Assembly (NCBI GenBank): GCA_964648855.1
Contig: CAZYLT010000004.1
Coordinates: 19,190-43,189 of the forward strand
DNA length: 24,000 nt
Reading direction: 5' to 3'
Source: an uncultured archaeon
Lineage (GTDB): Archaea; Asgardarchaeota; Thorarchaeia; Thorarchaeales; Thorarchaeaceae
Below, piece after piece: positions 17,620 through 24,000 of the stretch. The first letter of the stretch is position 1. Every line of letters begins with the position of its first letter. Made by a program: the position numbers and the translations under genes. The notes below the pieces were generated by a model that was given only the letters and a program-made list of their open reading frames with translations, did not search any database and had not been told where the DNA came from.

Positions 17620-18441
17620 ATGAAATATCATGATTTCTTAGTGAAGGAGATTGGGAATTCTATAGAGGACGTTTCTAAGATTCCAAAAGGGTATCAATTA
17701 ATCGGCCATGTGGTGCTACTGAATATTGACTCGGACGTGATGTCTTTGGCAGAGGTTATTGGAGATTTGACATTGACATTTGAATCTAGAGCTGAATCTG
17801 TTGCAGTAAGAATGGGACCAACATATGGTCCAAAGAGGATTCCCAATTACAGGCTAGTGGCAGGTAGCAGGAACACGACAACAACTCATATTGAGAATGG
17901 GATAAGATTCAAGCTCGATCCGTTGCGAATCACATTTTCTCGGGGCAACGTGAATGAGAGGATTCTTCTCCCTGAGCAAGTGAGTTCAAAAGAATATGTT
18001 GTTGACATGTTTGCTTGCGTTGGTCAGTTTTCATTGCCGATGGCTGTTCATTCTGGAGCAGAGGTCTTAGCGATTGAGATTAATGACTTGGCATATGATT
18101 TCCTATGCCAAAACATGAGGATGAATGAGGTCCATGCGAACATGAAGGCAGTATTGGGGGACTGCAGAGATGTACCCTTTGGCAATGCCAATAGAATTGT
18201 GATGGGATATCTACATGACACGATTGATTTTCTACCCCACGCACTGCGTGGGTTGCAATCACAAGGAGGAATTATTCATATGCACAGCTTGGTCTATGCT
18301 AATGCTGAGGACGAAATTCGTAATACAATTATTACGACATCATCGGAGTTTGGATTCATAGCAGAAATTTCATCTAGGTTAATTAAGAAGTATTCACCAG
18401 GGGTTTACCATAGGGTCTTTGATATCAAACTTTTTTCCTAA
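17620..18441 (+). CDS. Trm5/Tyw2 (Taw2)-family tRNA wybutosine-pathway methyltransferase/transferase
   Basis: PKRIPNYRLVAGSRNTTTTHIENGIRFKLD, FSRGNVNERILL, VVDMFACVGQFSLPMAVH, IVMGYLHDTIDFLPHAL. Confidence 0.85.
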   Translation: MKYHDFLVKEIGNSIEDVSKIPKGYQLIGHVVLLNIDSDVMSLAEVIGDLTLTFESRAESVAVRMGPTYGPKRIPNYRLVAGSRNTTTTHIENGIRFKLDPLRITFSRGNVNERILLPEQVSSKEYVVDMFACVGQFSLPMAVHSGAEVLAIEINDLAYDFLCQNMRMNEVHANMKAVLGDCRDVPFGNANRIVMGYLHDTIDFLPHALRGLQSQGGIIHMHSLVYANAEDEIRNTIITTSSEFGFIAEISSRLIKKYSPGVYHRVFDIKLFS

Positions 18442-18523
18442 CAGATAACGTAATTGTTTTATCGCTTGATAGAAATGGACATAGTGTAGTATCTGAATAT
18501 GAACAGATTATGAGGAAAAAACA

Positions 18524-18901
18524 ATGGGTTTCAGAGGATTATCACCTAAGCAACTTGCTAGAATGATGAAGAAGATGGGTATAGAGCAAAAGGACATTGA
18601 TGGAGTAAACGAGGTGATTATTCGATTTTCTGACAAGGAATGGGTGATAGAGAATCCGCAAGTAGCCCTTGTAAAACAAGCTGGCAATGAATCGTATCAA
18701 GTCAGCGGCTCGAAAACTGAAAGAAGCATTACAAAGGGTGGCAAGGCAGCTCCGATTGAAGAAAAGAAAGTCGAAATACCTATGGAAGATGCTGCACTCG
18801 TTGCTGATCAAACTGGAACAGATATTCAAACCGCTAAGCAAACTCTTGAGGAAACAAAAGGTGATTTGGCTGCGGCCATATTAAAATTGAGAAAAAGCTA
18901 A
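18524..18901 (+). CDS. nac: Nascent polypeptide-associated complex protein (NAC domain + UBA)
   Basis: N-terminal NAC domain (MMKKMGIEQKDIDGVNEVIIRFSDKEWVIENPQV) and C-terminal UBA (ALVADQTGTDIQTAKQTLEETKGDLAAAILKL). Confidence 0.92.
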   Translation: MGFRGLSPKQLARMMKKMGIEQKDIDGVNEVIIRFSDKEWVIENPQVALVKQAGNESYQVSGSKTERSITKGGKAAPIEEKKVEIPMEDAALVADQTGTDIQTAKQTLEETKGDLAAAILKLRKS

Positions 18902-19077
18902 GCAGATTCCTCTTCTTGCATACGGTACCTCGTTCCGCAATCTCTTTTTTTGAATCGAAGATGTTCCAGGCTTGTGGCCTTTGTTCCAAGCAGGATTCGC
19001 TCATAGTTTTCAATTTGTATAAATTACAACTTGCTGAGGCAAATGCTCGAGATGTATGAAGTCCTAAAACTATTATG

Positions 19078-19356
19078 TTAAGAAACGATGAAAACTAAGG
19101 CTGCAATGAGCACGACAAATATGCATATTGCAAGCCACTCTTGCACATATTTCTTTACTGCCTTTGGTTTGTCTTTAATCTGGCCAGTTGTGATGAGAGT
19201 CATTGCAGATATGAACAGAAACGCGAATGGAAGAGCAGCAACAGAGTTAGTAAGAGGAGTATCTAGAAGAAATATTATCCCCACAAGCGCGCCAAAAATA
19301 AGGAAAGTCAAAATCATCATTGAATTAAGGACTCGTCGAATTCTATCTAGATTCAT
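19078..19356 (-). CDS. Small multi-spanning membrane protein (92 aa, ~3 TM)
   Basis: Hydrophobic segments MMILTFLIFGALVGIIFLL, SVAALPFAFLFISAMTLI, LAICIFVVLIAALVFIVS; no family recognised. Confidence 0.6.
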   Translation of the reverse strand: MNLDRIRRVLNSMMILTFLIFGALVGIIFLLDTPLTNSVAALPFAFLFISAMTLITTGQIKDKPKAVKKYVQEWLAICIFVVLIAALVFIVS

Positions 19357-19547
19357 TCTTTTGATCTCCTCAAGGGATGAATACAGGTTTCTGTCCCCGG
19401 TAACTCTCTCGCAGTTTGCAATTGCTCAAAAAGGTTCCGTATCGTTAAAGCATGCACAAGAGCTGATTTCTCTCGCAATATTTATGTAGGAAGAAACATG
19501 AGATGTTGTAATACAAACACTACTTGTGATACAAAGGAATTGAAACA

Positions 19548-20522
19548 ATGACAATTGCAGTTCACGAATCCGCTCTGATTCGTCATTTCAATACTCGAAA
19601 AGAAACGTTGCGTGCGTGGGAGGAGAAGATTGGTGCAAGATTTTCTCCATTCCGAGGATTCAAAATGCCGGACTCAAGGCTCTATGTGGAACACCCTGAT
19701 TTTCTTGACAGTATTGTGGATCTAATAATAACCAATGAACGTCATATTTTCCTTAGAGGTCCTGTTGGTTCGGGAAAAAGTACTCTGATGCTGTTGGCAT
19801 TGAGAGACCTTCCCACACTGGCTGATAGAAGAGGAAATAAATTCGTCACAGGTTACGTTGGAATGACAGGTCTTTATGAGAAACAAATGGCGGCAGCCAT
19901 TGCCGACTCATTGAGAATCAAATATAGACGATCGTGGGAGTCTTCTCAAATTATAGAAACTGTTGCAAAAGAGTGTGTACGGCGCTATATAGAGGAACAA
20001 AGCAGAACTGCTCTTTTCATCGAGGATGTTGCAGATAACCAAGAGGCTGCTTTTCATAAGCTAAGATACCTTGCTGATCTTCCAACAGAAGAAATGAAGG
20101 ATGAATATCCTAGGGCATTAGACGAGCCAATAGTCACACTGGTAATGAGTGGAACTGCAGAGTACTGGAATGCGATGCTGAATTTTCTACCTCAAATAGC
20201 TGACAGAACTGAACCTCTGGATATTCCGAAGCTGGAAGATAGAAAGGCAAGAGAATTCATCGGAAGGAGAATAGCCTATGCTAAAGGGAAAATCGATAGC
20301 TTTGACCATACAGATTTTGAGGTGTACCCTTTCCATGAGAAAGCTATCGAAGTGATTAACGATGCAGCAGGAGGTAATCCACGAGACATTCGCATGTTGG
20401 CTAGAGGTTGTCAACAGGTTGCAGCTGAAAATCTTCGAGAAAGTGGTAGTCCTGAAATTAACGTGGAAATCGCTCGATTAGTGTCAGAAGCGTATGCAAG
20501 TATACTGAAGGAGGTAAGATAA
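19548..20522 (+). CDS. AAA+ ATPase of Orc1/Cdc6/ExeA-like type
   Basis: Walker A FLRGPVGSGKST, Walker B-like TALFIEDVAD, sensor-like LVMSGTAEYW, lid-like NDAAGGNPRDIRMLARGC. Confidence 0.82.
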   Translation: MTIAVHESALIRHFNTRKETLRAWEEKIGARFSPFRGFKMPDSRLYVEHPDFLDSIVDLIITNERHIFLRGPVGSGKSTLMLLALRDLPTLADRRGNKFVTGYVGMTGLYEKQMAAAIADSLRIKYRRSWESSQIIETVAKECVRRYIEEQSRTALFIEDVADNQEAAFHKLRYLADLPTEEMKDEYPRALDEPIVTLVMSGTAEYWNAMLNFLPQIADRTEPLDIPKLEDRKAREFIGRRIAYAKGKIDSFDHTDFEVYPFHEKAIEVINDAAGGNPRDIRMLARGCQQVAAENLRESGSPEINVEIARLVSEAYASILKEVR

Positions 20523-20816
20523 TTGAGTCTCTTAGGAAAATATAGGAAAGAAGAGGAGAAACGGGATAAGGACACAGAAGAAGAATCTGTGGAGCCCCCT
20601 GCTGAAGAAGCTGAGGAAAAAGGAGGCGTTGCCGTTCCAAACAAAGAAAGGAATAGTCCGATAATGTCCTTTAGCGTTAGTACAGATCTGAGGTCCTGCC
20701 TCCAAGCTGTAAGAACAGAACGGGCAATTAATCTGAGTATGTGGGTCGAACGCAAGCTAAGAGATGCAGTTCAGCAAGAGTTTCCAAATATCGCCGGAAT
20801 TCATCTCGAAGGCTAA
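20523..20816 (+). CDS. 97-aa protein: acidic N-terminal tail plus RHH-like C-terminus; TTG start
   Basis: Abuts the ATPase stop codon, GAAGGAGGT ~8 nt before TTG; SFSVSTDLRSCLQAVRTERAINLSMWVERKLRDAV resembles a ribbon-helix-helix pattern. Confidence 0.65.
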   Translation: MSLLGKYRKEEEKRDKDTEEESVEPPAEEAEEKGGVAVPNKERNSPIMSFSVSTDLRSCLQAVRTERAINLSMWVERKLRDAVQQEFPNIAGIHLEG

Positions 20817-20843
20817 AGCAATAATTGTATTACAGGCTTTCAG

Positions 20844-22232
20844 CTACCTCGCTTTATAGAGTGAATATGAAGTGACTCGTTCCATGCATAACGCGGCAAG
20901 TGAAGGATCGTCATAACAAGGAATTCGATTCATCTCAAGCAAATCCTTTCCAGGTTTACCTACATCTCCTGAAAGCCAAACACCAACAACAGGTTTGTTA
21001 TTGTTTGCAGTCCTAATCCCCTCCAAGGTACCAGCCGCATGCTCTGTTTGAGTCATTCCTGCAAAAGTCGGGACTCCACAGATTACCAAGAGCATGTCAA
21101 CATTGTTATCTTCCAGCATTAGCTTTGTTGCTACTTTGTATTCTCTCCTTCCTCCACTTGCTACGACATCAACAGGATTTTCAACGGATGCCATTGGTGA
21201 CATTGCTTGTTTCATTTCTTTCGTTGTGGATTCTTCAAGTGTAGGTATCTCGAGCCCCAACGCAGAAGCGGCATCGGTTGCTAATACTGCAGCACCACCT
21301 GTATTACTAATAATACCAATATTACGACCTTGTGGCAGAGGTTGATAGTCAAATAATTTGCATATTTCCAAGAAAGAGTCAAAAGTTGGTGCTGAAACGC
21401 AACCGGCCTGCTTGATTACCCCATCAAATAATTGAGGAGATCCGGCCAGAGACCCTGTATGACTTAGGGTTGCTCTGCTTCCCGCTTCGCTTTTTCCACC
21501 CTTGAGAATGACAACTGGTTTCTTGCTCGATACAAGTTTCAGGGACTCATAAAGAGCACGGCCGTGTTCAACACCCTCTACATATACAGCGATAACAGAC
21601 GATTTTGGGTCCTTGCTGAAATAGTCAAGTAGCTCAATGAATTCAACATCGGCTGCATTTCCAATACTTGCGAATTTGCTCATCCCTATTCGTTTTGCCC
21701 GTGTTGTATATATCAGCATCCCGCCAAGGGCCCCACTCTGAGAAATTAGAGCAATATTGCCTCTCTCCGGCATCATCGTAAATGTGCCATTAAAGAGACG
21801 ACTGTTGGAAACACCAACGCAATTCGGACCAATGATGCGTACTTCATGCTTCTTGGCTTCTTCCACAAGATACTCTTCCAGATTTTTTCCTTCCACACCG
21901 GTTTCACTGAAACCTCCAGAGATAATTACGGCATTGCGAGCACCCGCTTGTTTCACATCTTCCATTAAATTGGGGCAATATTTGGCTGCAACGGCAATGA
22001 TGACGAGGTCAACTTTCTTAGGTAAATCTATGAGACTAGGATATGCCTTTACCCCCAGAACCTGAGTTCTACTGCGAGTTACAGGATAAACTTCTACCTC
22101 CGATGCAAGTAGGTTCATGAGAATTGAGTTTCCTAATTTTCTGTAATCAGCAGAAGCTCCGACCAAGGCAACTCTATTTGGATTGAAGAATTTGTCAATC
22201 TGTATTGCATTGGAATCTAATGTATCGCTCAT
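20844..22232 (-). CDS. ADP-forming acyl/acetyl-CoA synthetase, alpha subunit only
   Basis: CoA-binding Rossmann FFNPNRVALVGAS, IIGPNCVGV, ISQSGALGG, SHTGSLAGS (phospho-His region), ends without an ATP-grasp beta domain. Confidence 0.9.
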   Translation of the reverse strand: MSDTLDSNAIQIDKFFNPNRVALVGASADYRKLGNSILMNLLASEVEVYPVTRSRTQVLGVKAYPSLIDLPKKVDLVIIAVAAKYCPNLMEDVKQAGARNAVIISGGFSETGVEGKNLEEYLVEEAKKHEVRIIGPNCVGVSNSRLFNGTFTMMPERGNIALISQSGALGGMLIYTTRAKRIGMSKFASIGNAADVEFIELLDYFSKDPKSSVIAVYVEGVEHGRALYESLKLVSSKKPVVILKGGKSEAGSRATLSHTGSLAGSPQLFDGVIKQAGCVSAPTFDSFLEICKLFDYQPLPQGRNIGIISNTGGAAVLATDAASALGLEIPTLEESTTKEMKQAMSPMASVENPVDVVASGGRREYKVATKLMLEDNNVDMLLVICGVPTFAGMTQTEHAAGTLEGIRTANNNKPVVGVWLSGDVGKPGKDLLEMNRIPCYDDPSLAALCMERVTSYSLYKAR

Positions 22233-22282
22233 GGGAGTGGTTCACTGCCGCCACAGTTTTAATTCTGTTGTGGTTTTAAGAA

Positions 22283-22300
22283 TGTATTACAAATAATACA
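22283..22300. promoter_or_regulatory. Inverted repeat TGTATTA-CAAA-TAATACA upstream of the acyl-CoA synthetase gene
   Basis: 7-nt arms; contains a 16-nt sequence identical to 23619-23634. Confidence 0.45.
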
Positions 22301-22321
22301 ATATATATTCCATTAACCTGG

Positions 22322-23656
22322 TTAATAGTGTTCTAGAAAACGTCTGAGTTCCTTGCAGCCCTTATGAATACTATCTACTAGATTCTTGAGTAATGATTTG
22401 GTTTCAGGAAACTTGGTTTTTATCCGGTTTAGTGATTGTATTGCGTAGTTTCTTAGGTTGTCATTCTTTGTTGCGCAAATTGTTTCAGCCAAAAGGCTAA
22501 CTGCAGATTCATGATAGTAATTGCCTAACGCAATTATTCCCAAACTCGAGATACGATAATCATCTGCTGCAACCATTTTTTCCAAAGATAAGACAGAATC
22601 GATGGATCGTATAAACAAATGATTGGATAACTGCGTGGTTATCTTGGAATACTTCTGCGAGTTGTATTCTGAATTGAATTCATCAACGGATTCTTCAAGT
22701 AAATAGTTCATAAGTGGTATTGCATTTCGACTTCCAAGCTGTGCGAGCATCATAGTGTCCTGGTCAATCATTGCTTTTAGCAGTGATTGATAATCATCAT
22801 TCAAAGGGGGAGATAGATTCTTTGTGAGTCGATTTTTCATGATTTTATCCCGGACACGTTGTGATACTGGTAATACAGATAATACCATGTCGAGTGTCTC
22901 TTTGTCGGCTTTGCTCCCAGGTATTCCGAGGGTGCACAGAGCAATTCTTCCATATTCTGTATACCATAATGATGAGATGTCGATCGAGTGGGATGGAGAA
23001 ATCAAGGAAATTGACGAGAGATTATTCTCCATCTCTTGATGGATTTGATTTACGAGATTGTTTTCAAGGCAAGACGCCGCAGCATCGGTATCAATGAAAA
23101 GGAAATTGGATTTCTTCAAGTGATGGTGAAGTTCTTCATTGACTATTTTCTTGAATAGTATCTCTGCATTCGCAATTGAATGTGCATCATGGAGTTTTGA
23201 GATTATGGCTGAAGTTTCCATGTCTATTGCTTCTATTCCCTGACAACCGAATATAGAGAAAAGTACTTCACGGAACTTGAGCGGTTCTATTCTTCTTGTC
23301 TTTTTTCCTGTCAGTGGTGGAATCTCATAATCCCTATTCATAGAATTTTCCAGATAGTCCAGAGCTACGTCCCAGCTGTCCTTTAGTTCAATACCAACAA
23401 GGAAGTCAATTAGATCTCTAACGCGCCTCTCTCCTATGGAATTCGTTATTGCCTTACTGAGTTCAACTTGTGATAGCTGCTGGATTTTCTTTCGTACCTG
23501 TTCCTGCAATCGTTCGCGTGCCTTACTGTAATCCAATCTCTGTTCACTGCCAATTTCTATATGCCGATTGCATATTAAAACAAGGTCAGTATTCAAGATA
23601 AGAAAGCCGTTTATTATTTGTATTACAAATAATAATGAACTCCGTACAATTCTCAA
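22322..23656 (-). CDS. Helical-repeat (HEAT-like) hypothetical protein; true start probably downstream (in gene direction) of 23611
   Basis: Long ORF; YRISSLGIIALGNYYHESAVSLLAETI...NLRNYAIQSLNRI resembles a HEAT repeat; first ~35 residues look like translated AT-rich intergenic DNA with an operator-like palindrome. Confidence 0.6.
   Translation of the reverse strand: MRIVRSSLLFVIQIINGFLILNTDLVLICNRHIEIGSEQRLDYSKARERLQEQVRKKIQQLSQVELSKAITNSIGERRVRDLIDFLVGIELKDSWDVALDYLENSMNRDYEIPPLTGKKTRRIEPLKFREVLFSIFGCQGIEAIDMETSAIISKLHDAHSIANAEILFKKIVNEELHHHLKKSNFLFIDTDAAASCLENNLVNQIHQEMENNLSSISLISPSHSIDISSLWYTEYGRIALCTLGIPGSKADKETLDMVLSVLPVSQRVRDKIMKNRLTKNLSPPLNDDYQSLLKAMIDQDTMMLAQLGSRNAIPLMNYLLEESVDEFNSEYNSQKYSKITTQLSNHLFIRSIDSVLSLEKMVAADDYRISSLGIIALGNYYHESAVSLLAETICATKNDNLRNYAIQSLNRIKTKFPETKSLLKNLVDSIHKGCKELRRFLEHY
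23611..23635. promoter_or_regulatory. Perfect 25-nt palindrome TTATTATTTGTA-T-TACAAATAATAA
   Basis: 12-nt arms with single central base, read directly. Confidence 0.55.
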
Positions 23657-24000
23657 TCTATCTAATTTATTATTATTAAATTATTACATATAATAGTGGC
23701 AAAAAGGCTTGTTCTATGATTAGAACTATGTATCAATGTATTCCTATATAGAGTGAGTGTGTCGTGAAGTAATGATTGAATGCTGGTGTCGAAACTTGTT
23801 TCATAAGCCACAGATCCCGGCCTTCATTGCTATCTCTATCTCCTCATACAAATATACCTCCAAGTAGATACAATGTAGGTACGACTGTGCAGAACAGCTC
23901 GTCACTTATGAGTTCGGTCACAAAACACGACACATTCGTGCCAATTTTTTTCACGTTCACTAGAGCCTGTGTACTAATACACATAGTGTTTCCAAAACAC

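Noticed and set aside
19015-19029. TTGTA-TAAAT-TACAA as another copy of the operator
   Set aside because: Arms match but the spacer is 5 nt rather than 1, in AT-rich sequence; not counted as part of the motif set.
19088-19489. 133-aa plus-strand ORF
   Set aside because: Antisense to the small membrane protein and lacks protein-like features; the minus-strand ORF has clear TM segments.

Overview
Archaeal chromosomal segment, possibly Asgard/Thorarchaeota-like (lineage is inference only). It carries mostly informational and core-metabolism genes: a GH1 glycosidase, a TMEM165/Gdt1-like transporter, gatD-gatE, pgk, an MBF1-like regulator, tfe, a DUF2110-like protein, a TlyA/FtsJ-like methyltransferase, mtnA-like, a hydrogenase-maturation protease, a tRNA-splicing endonuclease-like protein, a PilT/KH ATPase, rpiA, pan, a Trm5/Tyw2-like methyltransferase, nac, an AAA ATPase plus small RHH-like protein pair, an ADP-forming acyl-CoA synthetase alpha subunit, and a possible HEAT-like protein. 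Five tRNA genes are present and four are interrupted. Leu(UAA) and Met(CAU) have introns at 37/38. Thr(UGU) and Arg(CCU) have D-loop introns. All four fold by eye into bulge-helix-bulge (BHB) motifs. The same window encodes an EndA-like protein in which the position of the catalytic His is Val, while Tyr and Lys are kept at exact spacing. This suggests a structural subunit or an unusual enzyme. Other observations: a TTTGTA-N-TACAAA palindrome in front of three neighbouring transcription units (about 19.5-23.6 kb), a translationally coupled AAA ATPase/RHH-like pair, a PilT-KH ATPase lacking the usual N-terminal PIN domain, and a membrane-anchored Gly/Pro-rich protein. No CRISPR array, transposon or clear defence island was seen.
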